This document shows, piece by piece, positions 8,955 to 17,879 of a DNA stretch of 46,304 bases. The notes beneath the pieces were generated by a model. That model saw only the letters and a program-made list of their open reading frames with translations. It had not been told where the DNA came from and did no database searches. Source of the DNA: Thermoplasmatota archaeon (GTDB lineage: Archaea > Thermoplasmatota > JAKEGO01); NCBI GenBank assembly GCA_028279595.1, contig JANQNK010000010.1, positions 1 to 46,304 of the forward strand, in the 5' to 3' direction. A program made the position numbers and the translations under genes. How positions within the stretch are numbered: position 1 is the first letter of the stretch; every line of letters starts with the position of its first letter.

Positions 8955-10475
8955 TCATTCCTTCTTCCGAGAATTGTCATTCTTGGATCCTTTAACGTCT
9001 CGACCTTCCGTTCGATCGCCCGACCGTCCACGGGCCTTCATGATCGTTCTGGCGATCCCGATCGCCTCCCTGAAGGTCGAGGGGCTCAGCAGTGCCAGCA
9101 TGCCGAAGTATACTCCGATACCGACGAGTATCAGGAAGAGCACATAGCCGATCCCCGGGAAGACGATGACGTACTTGATGCCGAAGATGGCGAGGGCCAT
9201 GATCGCCGCCGAGGCCAGGGAGGGGGCGAGGGCGCGTCCGATGTCCCCGGTCCGAGTGGACGTGTACTTGCAGCTGTAATAGACGTTCAGATACGTGATG
9301 AGGACGGCGGTCCCGGTGACGGCGACCGCGACCCCGAAGATCCCGTAGCCAAGATAGATGAACAGGAGGATGAGGGCGATCTTGAGCACCAGGCTGAGGG
9401 AGGATATCTTCAGGAGGGTGTCGGGCCTGCCGACGGCCTTGAACACGCTTCCGCTGTTGGCGGATATCGAGCGCAGGAGACCGAAGACGCACAGGACCAT
9501 GAGCGGATAGAGCGAGTCCTCCCACTTGTCCGAGAGGACGTGCTCGATGAACTCCGGGGCGATGGCGATGAGACCGATCGCGAGCGGGATCGACAGCATC
9601 GAGACGTAATGCACGGTCTTGATGTAAGCGGCGCCAAGGGCCTCCGGTTCGTCCTTTATCTTCGAGTACGTGGGGAACATTACACGGTTGATGACCAGTG
9701 TCAGCTGGGTGGCCGCTATGGTACCCCACCTGTAGGCCATGTCGTAGTATCCGAGGATCGCTATGCCGAACGCCGCACCCACGATGACGTTGTCAAGGTT
9801 GGTTATCGCGAAGATGACCAGGGCGGAGCCGAATATGTGCTTCCCGTAGCCGATGATCCATCGCCCTATCTTGCGGTCGTAGGTCCAGCTGAAGTCCCAA
9901 GGGGCGAAGTACCAGAGTACGGCGACCATCACGATGTTGCCGACGATGTGGCCATAGACGACGGCCCAGTAGCCATAGCCCATGAACGCGAGGACGACGG
10001 TCACGCCCGCGAAGACGAACATCTGTGCAGCCTGTGCGAGGGAGATCCTCCTGAAGTCAAGGTCTATCGTCAGCTTGACGAGCGAGCCGAAACCGAAACT
10101 GGTTATGAGTATGATGAGGGACATCACCCGGACGACCGCGACGACGGAACTGCTTCCGAAGACGGGCGCCCAGAATGGGACAGTGAAGAATATCACTAGA
10201 TATGCTATCAGGCTCAGAAGGAACCGGAGGACGAATCCGGTGGAGAGCCACCGCCTCGACCTGTTCTGCTTGTGGATCAGGGCAGAACTGATGCCGAGGT
10301 CGGAGATGTTGTTGAGGGCGTTGAGGACCACCAGTCCTATCGCGAGCGTCCCGAAGTCCGCTGAGTCCAGGAGCCTCGCGAGGATGAGCAGCACGATGGT
10401 GCTCACGACCATTCCCAGGACCTGAACGAGGCCTATGTAGCCTATGTTCTTGGCGGTCCGGAGCTTCAGCGACAT
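8955..10475 (-). CDS. Oligosaccharide flippase (MOP/PST family, WzxC-like)
   Basis: Many predicted TM helices; ILARLLDSADFG, DLGISSALI, NLDNVIVG...LGYYDMAYRW and VMFPTYSK motifs. Confidence 0.9.
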   Translation of the reverse strand: MSLKLRTAKNIGYIGLVQVLGMVVSTIVLLILARLLDSADFGTLAIGLVVLNALNNISDLGISSALIHKQNRSRRWLSTGFVLRFLLSLIAYLVIFFTVPFWAPVFGSSSVVAVVRVMSLIILITSFGFGSLVKLTIDLDFRRISLAQAAQMFVFAGVTVVLAFMGYGYWAVVYGHIVGNIVMVAVLWYFAPWDFSWTYDRKIGRWIIGYGKHIFGSALVIFAITNLDNVIVGAAFGIAILGYYDMAYRWGTIAATQLTLVINRVMFPTYSKIKDEPEALGAAYIKTVHYVSMLSIPLAIGLIAIAPEFIEHVLSDKWEDSLYPLMVLCVFGLLRSISANSGSVFKAVGRPDTLLKISSLSLVLKIALILLFIYLGYGIFGVAVAVTGTAVLITYLNVYYSCKYTSTRTGDIGRALAPSLASAAIMALAIFGIKYVIVFPGIGYVLFLILVGIGVYFGMLALLSPSTFREAIGIARTIMKARGRSGDRTEGRDVKGSKNDNSRKKE

Positions 10476-10623
10476 CGTTCCGGATTACCCCTAAGGGCTA
10501 TATTAAATGTTACTAGCAGGAATTGATAGGAGCCAGACCTCTGAAATTGCAGCTTTTGGGCAACGGGGAAAGGTCCCTCTGTCAAGATCGGCGGATCGGG
10601 GGGCAGGATTTGTTGTCAGGAAC

Positions 10624-11940
10624 TCATTCCAGCCCTTTCCGGACGCGGGCCATGTGGTCTATCTTCCTCTGTATGGCCTCCATGGTCCCGATGTCGTGCC
10701 TGGCGAAGAACTCGCCGTCGATGCCGGAGAGACCCGCTTCGGCGTGCTTCTCCGCATCCTGTATCCTGTCGGCGATCCCGAGGATGCCAAGGGAACGCGA
10801 CCTGGTCGTTAGAACGAAGCCATTGCCCGCATTGACGGAAGCGTAGAACAGCATCAGGTCGGTGGTCTCGGGGGTATCGACCTTCAGTGGTGAGCCCTCG
10901 AGCGGGTCTGTGCCGTATCCCTTGGGGACGACGTACTTGACGACCGTCGCCTTGGGCCTGAACTTGGCCGGCTCGAGACGTCCCTCGACGATCTGCCATG
11001 AAATCTCGAGCAGACTGTCCTCTAGAAGTGGAAGGACGTTCATCGCTTCGGGATCGCCGAAGCGCACGTTGAACTCGATCACCTTGGGTCCGTCAACCGT
11101 CTCCATGAACTGTCCGTAGAGGATGCCCTTGTACTCGTTGCCTGACTCGGCCATCGCCTCGACGGTCTTCCGCATTATCTCGACCGCCTTGTCGACGTCC
11201 TCCTGCGGGACGAAGGGCAGGATGCCGTCCGGCATTGAATAGGAGCCCATCCCTCCCGTGTTGGGACCGCGATCCCCCTCGTAGGCACGCTTGTGGTCCT
11301 GGACCAGCGGCATCGGGATCACGTTCTTGCCGTCGACGAACGCCTGCAATGTGAACTCCTCGCCGGTAAGACACTCCTCGATCACGACGGACCTGGACCC
11401 GCCTATACAGGTGTCGATGACCTCCTTGGCGTAGTGGATGGCGCCAGCGCTGTTCTGGAAGTGGTCGCCCCAGACCTTGACGCCCTTTCCGCCGGTCAAT
11501 CCGACGGGCTTGACGGCCACCCGGCCGTTGAGCTCGGTTATGAATGCGGCGGCGGCGTTCGTGTCCGAGAACACGCCGTAGCGTATCGCTCCGGGAACCT
11601 CGTACTCCGCCATGAGGTCCCTCATGAACGACTTCGATATCTCGAGACGAGCGGCTCCCGCCTTGGGTCCGACGGCCGGAACACCGGCCTCCTCGAGGGC
11701 GTCCACGACGCCCGCACCCAGGGGAGCCTCGGGACCGATGAATGCGATGTCGATGCCCATCTTCGTTGCGTAACCGGCAACGGCGTCGACCTCTGTCTCC
11801 TTCCCGATCATGTGGTCCTTGCAAAGCTCCACGATCCCTGGATTGACATTCGACATGAACGCGTACAGTTCCGCGTCCTCGGCGAGCTTCTTAGCGATAG
11901 CGTGCTCTCTTGCGCCTCCTCCGACGATCATCGCCTTCAT
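10624..11940 (-). CDS. purD: Phosphoribosylamine--glycine ligase
   Basis: GGGAREHAI, GPEAPL, GLTGGKGV, QDHKRAYEGDRGPNTGGMGS and EFNVRFGDPE motifs. Confidence 0.97.
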   Translation of the reverse strand: MKAMIVGGGAREHAIAKKLAEDAELYAFMSNVNPGIVELCKDHMIGKETEVDAVAGYATKMGIDIAFIGPEAPLGAGVVDALEEAGVPAVGPKAGAARLEISKSFMRDLMAEYEVPGAIRYGVFSDTNAAAAFITELNGRVAVKPVGLTGGKGVKVWGDHFQNSAGAIHYAKEVIDTCIGGSRSVVIEECLTGEEFTLQAFVDGKNVIPMPLVQDHKRAYEGDRGPNTGGMGSYSMPDGILPFVPQEDVDKAVEIMRKTVEAMAESGNEYKGILYGQFMETVDGPKVIEFNVRFGDPEAMNVLPLLEDSLLEISWQIVEGRLEPAKFRPKATVVKYVVPKGYGTDPLEGSPLKVDTPETTDLMLFYASVNAGNGFVLTTRSRSLGILGIADRIQDAEKHAEAGLSGIDGEFFARHDIGTMEAIQRKIDHMARVRKGLE

Positions 11941-12458
11941 GATTTCACCTCTAGTATCTCCTCAGCGGTAAGCAGTGCCTCCAACTTGACATCGATCACT
12001 GAAAGTGCCTCTCGACCGCCCTCCTGGCGGTCGACCACGGCTATTACCCGGTCCACGGTCGCCCCGGCGTCCCTGAGCGCCTCCACGGCCCTGGCGACGG
12101 AGCCAGCGGTCGTTATCACGTCCTCGACCAGAAGGACCCTGAGTCCGTTGACGTCAGCGCCCTCGATCCTCTTGCCCGTTCCATGTTCACGTCCGCCCTT
12201 GCGGACTATCACGTAGGGCAGATCGATGTCCAACGAGACCGCTGCGGCGATCGGGACTGCGCCGAGCTCTGTCCCTCCGATGAGGTCCTCTCCGGTCCAT
12301 CGCCGGCCCATCCTCCTCGCTATCACAGCGAGTATGGCCGGTTCGGTTATCGCCCTCTTGATATCAACGTAATAGGACGACCTCTTTCCGGAGGAAAGGG
12401 TGAAGTCCCCGAACTTGACGCTCCCGACGTCAACGAGCATCTCCAATAGAGTGGGCAT
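11937..12458 (-). CDS. pyrE: Orotate phosphoribosyltransferase
   Basis: FGDFTLSSGKRSSYYVD and VEDVITTAGS PRPP-binding motif; start ATG 12458 with TATTAA about 25 nt upstream; stop overlaps purD start (ATGA). The longer 497-aa track ORF is an upstream over-extension. Confidence 0.95.
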   Translation of the reverse strand: MPTLLEMLVDVGSVKFGDFTLSSGKRSSYYVDIKRAITEPAILAVIARRMGRRWTGEDLIGGTELGAVPIAAAVSLDIDLPYVIVRKGGREHGTGKRIEGADVNGLRVLLVEDVITTAGSVARAVEALRDAGATVDRVIAVVDRQEGGREALSVIDVKLEALLTAEEILEVKS

Positions 12459-12548
12459 TGTCCTCGGACCTGCGAAAGGGATTGACGTTAATAGTAGTTG
12501 CGGAAAACCCGGGACAGTCCTTGGAATGGAAACCCGAGGTGATGTTGG

Positions 12549-12676
12549 TGACATTGAGCGGGCGGGAGAACCCCGACAGGACGGGTTCGGGTCTGTCATT
12601 GATTGTAATAATCGATCATTCTCCGCTGTCGCTGCCACCGCCTTGCGGAGCGGTGAGCGACCAACCCGCGGATCGA
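12549..12676. other. Candidate structured RNA element (two imperfect hairpins) between mutL and pyrE
   Basis: Nested stems 12622-26/12668-72, 12628-33/12656-61, 12636-40/12651-55 and 12641-42/12647-48, closed by a GCAA loop on the minus strand; second hairpin 12549-53/12594-98 and 12568-73/12583-88. Confidence 0.3.
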
Positions 12677-12799
12677 GCACGGTACCGTTCAATCTGATAT
12701 TGGAGCATTCATTGACGGGAAAGGCGAGGAAGATCGAAAGATACGACGCATCGGGGACCGATTCCTTCAATGACCATATTAGGTCGCCGGGGTCCCGGG

Positions 12800-15415
12800 T
12801 TACCCAAGCCGTCCGAACTTCTTCTCCATGTACTGGAACGGAAGCTTGATCATTGTCGGACGTCCGTGGGCGCAGACCTCGGGATTCTCGAGCCGGTCGA
12901 GGGCAGACACGAGGTCGGCCATCTGGTCCATCGTCATGGGGTCCCCGGCCTTGATGGAGGCGTGGCACGCCATCGATTCGAGGACGCCCTCGAGAACCGT
13001 GGTCTTGACCCCCCGTTTCCGCTCCTGGATGTCCTCCAGTATGCTCCTCAGGGACCTGGCTGGATCGGGCATCCGGAAGAGGACGGGTACAGCCCTGACG
13101 AGGACCCCCGTGCCGAACTCCTCGATCTGGTAGCCGAGCTCCTCGAAGTGCTCCAGGTTGTCCTTCAATGTCTCCAGGTCCCTCCTGTCGAGGTGGATGA
13201 AGGCTGGTTCTATCAGTTCCTGGACGCCGAACTCCCGGGATTGGAGCCTTTCGAGGTTTATCCTCTCTGCAGCAGCGTGCTGGTCGATGAGGTAGACGCC
13301 GTCCGGCCCCTCGGCGACGATGAACTCGGCCCGAGCCTGTCCGAGGATACGAAGTGGAGGAAGATGTTTCCCGACGAACTCCCTCTCGCCGGGCTCGGCG
13401 AGGGGTTTCGTTCCGAGGGCCGCCTTCCATCGGCCCTTTCCCGGGTCCTTCGCCGGCGACGGCGGCGGTCTTGCTCCGGACCCCTTTACCGGAGGCGGGG
13501 CAGGCTTCGGTGCACCCTTCTCCCAGTCCGAGAGTGTCGTCTCGGCGGATTCCGGCTCGTACGGGACGCTCTCCTCGGCCACGGCTGCGGCCATCTCCGG
13601 GATCGGGAACTCGTGTTGAAGGGCTCGCTGGACCGCCTTGGTCAGGACACCCGCTACATCGTCCCTGAAGAAACGGACCTCGGTCTTCTGGGGATGGATG
13701 TTAACGTCGACGTCCTCGGGCGGGATGTCGATGTGGAGGAACGCTGGCGGGAACCGGCCGAACATGGTCCTCGGCCGATATGCCTCCCTCAGTGCATCGC
13801 TCAGTTCCCGGCTGCGGACCCATCGACCGTTGACGATGAAGTGTTGAAGCTTCGACGACGCCCTTTCCACGGATGGTCGGGCGACGAGCCCGGTTATCCG
13901 GACCTCACCCTCTGCGGAGACAGGGACCAGGTCCTTGGCAAGGTCGACCCCGCAGATATGGCCGATGTTGGTGCGCTTGTCCTCAGTGGCGGGCGCGTTC
14001 AGGACCTCCTGTCCGCTGGAGACGAGTTTGAAATGTATGCTGGGATTGGCGATCGCCTCCCTCATTACCGTGTCGATCACGCGGACCAGCTCCGCCCGCG
14101 CATGGGACATGTGCTTCATCCTCGCGGGGACATTGAAGAATATCCTCTGGACCGATACGGTGGTGCCGACAGGACGTCCGGTCGTTCCGGTGTTGACAAC
14201 CTTCGCGCCCTCGACCCGGATGGTCGTCGCCCTCTCGTCCTCCTCGGACCGCGACGCGACCTCCAGAAGCGACACGGCTCCGATGCTTGCAAGGGCCTCC
14301 CCCCGGAATCCGAGGGTCGATATCCCCTTGAGGTCGTCGGGCCCCCCGACCTTGGAGGTGGTGTGGCGCTCGACAGAGAGGAGGGTATCCTCCCCTGACA
14401 TCCCGACGCCGTCGTCGGTTACCTTGATGAGCTTCCGGCCGCCCTCCTCGACCTCCACGGTGATGGTGCCCGCGTCCGCGTCGATCGAGTTCTCGACGAG
14501 CTCCTTGACCACCGATGCGGGACGTTCCACTACCTCTCCAGCGGCTATCATCCTGATCGTTTTCTCGTCAAGTGCGACTACCCTGGTCACGGTCGGGGAT
14601 TGCGGTCCGGTTAGATAAATCCTCGGTGGAGTTTTCTCCGGCGGAAAGGGTTCGGGATCGAGTTCTGCAGGCTTTGGTTCGTAGTCCCCACCCCCTCTTC
14701 GCAGGACCTCGAGCTCCCTGTCGATGATCTTCGCAATATCATATCTGAGATCCTTGGGCGCAGCTGGATGACAGGATATCCTGATGACGGAACTCGCCGA
14801 GTAACCGACGAACCTGTAGACGTCCACCCTCGCTGTTTCCGGGATGTTGAACGAGCATCGCCTCCATTCAGGATCGCCGTGGCCCGGGCGGACCATAAGT
14901 GTGTATCCCTCTGAGCGCAGAGCCCTAGATACTGCAAGGGCCATCGAGACGTGACCTCGGTCGGACATTATCGCGACGTCGTTCTCGCACCGGAGCAGAT
15001 GACGGACCTCCAGCAATGCCCACATCACGACGAACAGGTGCGCGAGCAGGTCAAGGACAAGGAGGAGGTCTTCAGCTCTATCCCCCCGGCCCATCAGCGT
15101 ATGGTAGGTGAGCAGGTACATTCCGAAGAACGAGATGAAAAGGAGACGCCGGGTCCCCTTCACGTGGTCAAGGTCGGCCCGTAGGGAATACCAACCGCGC
15201 ATCTTGATCGCCTCGGCCTCGGCCGGGATCCTGTCGACCGATAGGACGAAGACGGCCGAGATAAGCATGATCAGAAGGAAGAGGTGGCCCGTCCGCCCGT
15301 CGACCCATTCAGCGAGGCCGATGGAAAGGAGGACGAGCAGCAGGGCCAGGATGATGACCGGGACCGCTGAGCGGGTGTCGTAAAATCGAATGAGGTCCCA
15401 GTCCACAACGTTCAT
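12800..15415 (-). CDS. mutL: DNA mismatch repair endonuclease MutL, in frame with an N-terminal multi-pass membrane domain (MutL moiety begins at about GTG 14590)
   Basis: GHKL motifs IAAGEVVERPASVVKELVENSIDA, DDGVGM, TSK and TLGFRGEAL; DVNIHPQKTEVRF; endonuclease motifs DQHAAAERINLE, ACH and CAHGRP. The first 275 codons contain about 4 hydrophobic helices and no stop. Confidence 0.9.
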   Translation of the reverse strand: MNVVDWDLIRFYDTRSAVPVIILALLLVLLSIGLAEWVDGRTGHLFLLIMLISAVFVLSVDRIPAEAEAIKMRGWYSLRADLDHVKGTRRLLFISFFGMYLLTYHTLMGRGDRAEDLLLVLDLLAHLFVVMWALLEVRHLLRCENDVAIMSDRGHVSMALAVSRALRSEGYTLMVRPGHGDPEWRRCSFNIPETARVDVYRFVGYSASSVIRISCHPAAPKDLRYDIAKIIDRELEVLRRGGGDYEPKPAELDPEPFPPEKTPPRIYLTGPQSPTVTRVVALDEKTIRMIAAGEVVERPASVVKELVENSIDADAGTITVEVEEGGRKLIKVTDDGVGMSGEDTLLSVERHTTSKVGGPDDLKGISTLGFRGEALASIGAVSLLEVASRSEEDERATTIRVEGAKVVNTGTTGRPVGTTVSVQRIFFNVPARMKHMSHARAELVRVIDTVMREAIANPSIHFKLVSSGQEVLNAPATEDKRTNIGHICGVDLAKDLVPVSAEGEVRITGLVARPSVERASSKLQHFIVNGRWVRSRELSDALREAYRPRTMFGRFPPAFLHIDIPPEDVDVNIHPQKTEVRFFRDDVAGVLTKAVQRALQHEFPIPEMAAAVAEESVPYEPESAETTLSDWEKGAPKPAPPPVKGSGARPPPSPAKDPGKGRWKAALGTKPLAEPGEREFVGKHLPPLRILGQARAEFIVAEGPDGVYLIDQHAAAERINLERLQSREFGVQELIEPAFIHLDRRDLETLKDNLEHFEELGYQIEEFGTGVLVRAVPVLFRMPDPARSLRSILEDIQERKRGVKTTVLEGVLESMACHASIKAGDPMTMDQMADLVSALDRLENPEVCAHGRPTMIKLPFQYMEKKFGRLG
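14612..14620 (-). promoter_or_regulatory. Putative internal TATA box for a leaderless MutL-only transcript starting at GTG 14590
   Basis: ATTTATCTA on the minus strand, 21 nt before the GTG that begins the canonical MutL N-terminus; similar box and spacing to GTTTATCA before the S8 gene. Confidence 0.45.
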
Positions 15416-15438
15416 CCAGGTTTACCGGATTCTGTGGC

Positions 15439-15511
15439 TTTATATAGTTTTCTGAAAAAGAGACAGATGTCGTCCAATGTCGAAATCGTTCTCGAACTAA
15501 ACCTATATATC
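15439..15511. promoter_or_regulatory. Divergent TATA boxes (membrane-MutL ORF / paaK)
   Basis: TATATAAA on the minus strand at 15439-15446 (23 nt before ATG 15415) and CCTATATATC on the plus strand at 15502-15511. Confidence 0.55.
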
Positions 15512-15543
15512 ACAAAAGGCCTTGCTCCACCGGAGGCATCACT

Positions 15544-16845
15544 ATGGACGATCAGGTTTGGAGCAGCATGGAGACGGCCGGTCTCGACGAACTCAGGGAC
15601 ATCCAGCTCAAGCGGCTGAAGTGGGTCACGAAGCACGCCTACGACAACAACGAGGCCTATCACAAGAGGTTCAAGGACGCGGGTTTCCATCCGGACGATA
15701 TCTCGACCCTTGCGGACGTCACCAAGATACCAGTTCTGGCGAAGGAGGACCTCAGGGATGCCTATCCATTCGGACTCGTCTGCACTCCCAAGGACACCTG
15801 GATCGAGCTCCACAGCTCCTCAGGGACCACGGGAAAGCCCGTCACCAACGTCTACACCGAGAACGACCTCCAGGCGTGGGCCGAGGTAATGGCCCGGGGA
15901 CTCTACGCGGGAGGCCTGAGGCCGGGGGAGAAGATGCAGATCGCCTACGGATTCGGACTATTCACCGGTGGATTCGGCTTTTACCACGGAGCCCGTCGGT
16001 TGGGAGCGTTCACGGTCCCGACGAGCTCTGGCAACACCAAGCGCCAGATACGCCTCATGAAGGACTTCGGAGCCCACGCGCTCGCAGCGACGCCGTCGTA
16101 CGGCCTTTACCTGGCCGAGGCGGCCCATGACATGGGAATGTCGTCGGACGAGTTCGAGCTCAAGGTCGGATTCTTCGGCGCGGAGGCCTGGTCAGAGGAG
16201 ATCAGGGGAAAGATCGAGACGGCATGGGGGCCCGGGTTCAGGGCCGCCGAGGCGTTCGGTCTGACCGAGGTCGGCGGGCCTGGCACGAGCTTCGACTGCG
16301 AGCATCGGACAGGGCTTCACATAAACATGGACCACTTCCTTGTCGAGTGTGTCGACGAGGAGATGGAGCCCGTCGGCGAGGGCGAGGAGGGAGAGCTCAT
16401 CATAACTACGCTCACGCACGAGGGCTTCCCGGCGATAAGGTTCAGAACGAAGGACCTCTCGATGCTCCACGAGGAGAAGTGCGAGTGCGGCCGGACCCTA
16501 GTCAGGCATTCCAGGATCCTCGGGCGGAGGGACGACATGATGAAGATCAAGGGAGTCATCGTCTTCCCGAGGCAGATCGAGGAGGCAATACTCACTGTCG
16601 ACGGCGCGAGCGGAAACTACCAGCTCGAGAAGTACATGGCGGGACCCTTCATGGACCTCCTCGTCAAGGTGGAGCCGGAGCCGGACAGATGGAAGAAGGG
16701 CGATCACGGAGCCCTCTCGGGGGAGATATCGACCGAGATCCACAACATCGTCGGGCTCAACCTCAAGGTAGACATCCTCGAGCCGGGAACGATACCGCGT
16801 TCCGAGGGGAAGGCCCAGAGGGTCATCGACAGGACCAAGGAGTAG
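15544..16845 (+). CDS. paaK: Phenylacetate--CoA ligase family protein
   Basis: AYPFGL, HSSSGTTGKP, YGFGLFTGGFG, GAEAWSEE, FGLTEVGGPG, GRRDDM and PRSEGKAQRVIDR motifs. Confidence 0.92.
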   Translation: MDDQVWSSMETAGLDELRDIQLKRLKWVTKHAYDNNEAYHKRFKDAGFHPDDISTLADVTKIPVLAKEDLRDAYPFGLVCTPKDTWIELHSSSGTTGKPVTNVYTENDLQAWAEVMARGLYAGGLRPGEKMQIAYGFGLFTGGFGFYHGARRLGAFTVPTSSGNTKRQIRLMKDFGAHALAATPSYGLYLAEAAHDMGMSSDEFELKVGFFGAEAWSEEIRGKIETAWGPGFRAAEAFGLTEVGGPGTSFDCEHRTGLHINMDHFLVECVDEEMEPVGEGEEGELIITTLTHEGFPAIRFRTKDLSMLHEEKCECGRTLVRHSRILGRRDDMMKIKGVIVFPRQIEEAILTVDGASGNYQLEKYMAGPFMDLLVKVEPEPDRWKKGDHGALSGEISTEIHNIVGLNLKVDILEPGTIPRSEGKAQRVIDRTKE

Positions 16846-16852
16846 TTTACGA

Positions 16853-17206
16853 ATGGAATACAAGATGGTCATCGTCATCAGGGCCGATCTCGGCCTGTCC
16901 GCCGGAAAGGCGGTCGCCCAGGGCGCACATGCGGCTGTGGAGTGCGCCCGGAAGGCGAGGGCAGAGAAGGCATCCAAAGTTAGGAAATGGCTCTCCGAGG
17001 GACAGCGGAAGGTCGTACTCAAGGCACAGGACCTGGACGATCTCGAGGACATCAAGAGGAGGGCGGAGAAACGGAAGCTTACCACAGCGTTGATCGTCGA
17101 CGCCGGCCTGACCGAGATCCCTCCGGGTACACCCACTGCCCTGGGCATCGGACCTGCCGCCGAGAACGAGATCGACGCTATCACGGGCTCGCTTCCTCTC
17201 TTCTGA
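16853..17206 (+). CDS. pth2: Peptidyl-tRNA hydrolase Pth2
   Basis: KMVIVIRADL..SAGKAVAQGAHA, GQRKVVLK and DAGLTEIPPGTPTALGIGP motifs. Confidence 0.97.
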   Translation: MEYKMVIVIRADLGLSAGKAVAQGAHAAVECARKARAEKASKVRKWLSEGQRKVVLKAQDLDDLEDIKRRAEKRKLTTALIVDAGLTEIPPGTPTALGIGPAAENEIDAITGSLPLF

Positions 17207-17277
17207 GGTATCGGACCTGAAGTGACTGCTCGACGATCCGAGATAACATTATTATCCTCCAACGCACTCTGGCGATC

Positions 17278-17841
17278 ATGCACGGACTACCCGTGGGTCA
17301 ATGGTTCGAGATGCGGTCCTTCGGCAAGAGCGGAGCCAGGAACGTTGCGATATTCGCGCTAGTGATCGTCATGTCGCTCCCCGTCTCACTCTTCATCGCG
17401 TCCATGGACAGGGAGATACCGATGTCCACATGGATAGCCGTCCTCCTCCTGTCGTCGATGGTGGGGATATTCCTGCTTCGTGCATTGGCCGCCCTCCACA
17501 TGCACAAGGATGCGTTCGTCACCTCGATCAGCTACCTCTTCAAAACGCGGCCGGATGAGTCCAGGTTCATGGATTTCGCCGACAGGTTCTTCGCCAAGCT
17601 CGATCTGGAGATGGAGGACACCATACACGAGGGCCTGCCGCGGTATTCGAACGGTGAGGTGTCCCTGACGATCCTCTCGGCCGGAAAGCTCGCCGGGATC
17701 GGTGGGTTCTCAATGAAGGACCACAGCGGGAGGAACATCGGGATCCTGAACGCCTTCTACAGGGCCGCGACGAAGAAGTTCAAACTCGACCCGCACGTCC
17801 GGAACGGGAAGCGGGTCGGAGGGAAGAGGAACCGCCGTTAG
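17278..17841 (+). CDS. Hypothetical membrane protein (2 TM + soluble domain)
   Basis: Fills the gap between pth2 and dph2; two hydrophobic helices; AT-rich TTATTAT box about 25 nt upstream. Confidence 0.65.
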   Translation: MHGLPVGQWFEMRSFGKSGARNVAIFALVIVMSLPVSLFIASMDREIPMSTWIAVLLLSSMVGIFLLRALAALHMHKDAFVTSISYLFKTRPDESRFMDFADRFFAKLDLEMEDTIHEGLPRYSNGEVSLTILSAGKLAGIGGFSMKDHSGRNIGILNAFYRAATKKFKLDPHVRNGKRVGGKRNRR

Positions 17842-17879
17842 GCTGAAAGGATTATTACCCCCTATCCACATCGCGGTCC

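Noticed and set aside
12459-13430. N-terminal 324 codons of the 497-aa ORF 11937..13430 as a long PyrE fusion
   Set aside because: Overlaps mutL in another frame and has a shadow-ORF Arg/Pro/Gly composition; PyrE homology and a TATA box place the start at 12458
12770-14398. 542-aa plus-strand ORF and similar long antisense ORFs (e.g. 41067..42674, 11293..12216, 37207..38193)
   Set aside because: Antisense shadows of real genes, expected with high GC3; no recognisable motifs
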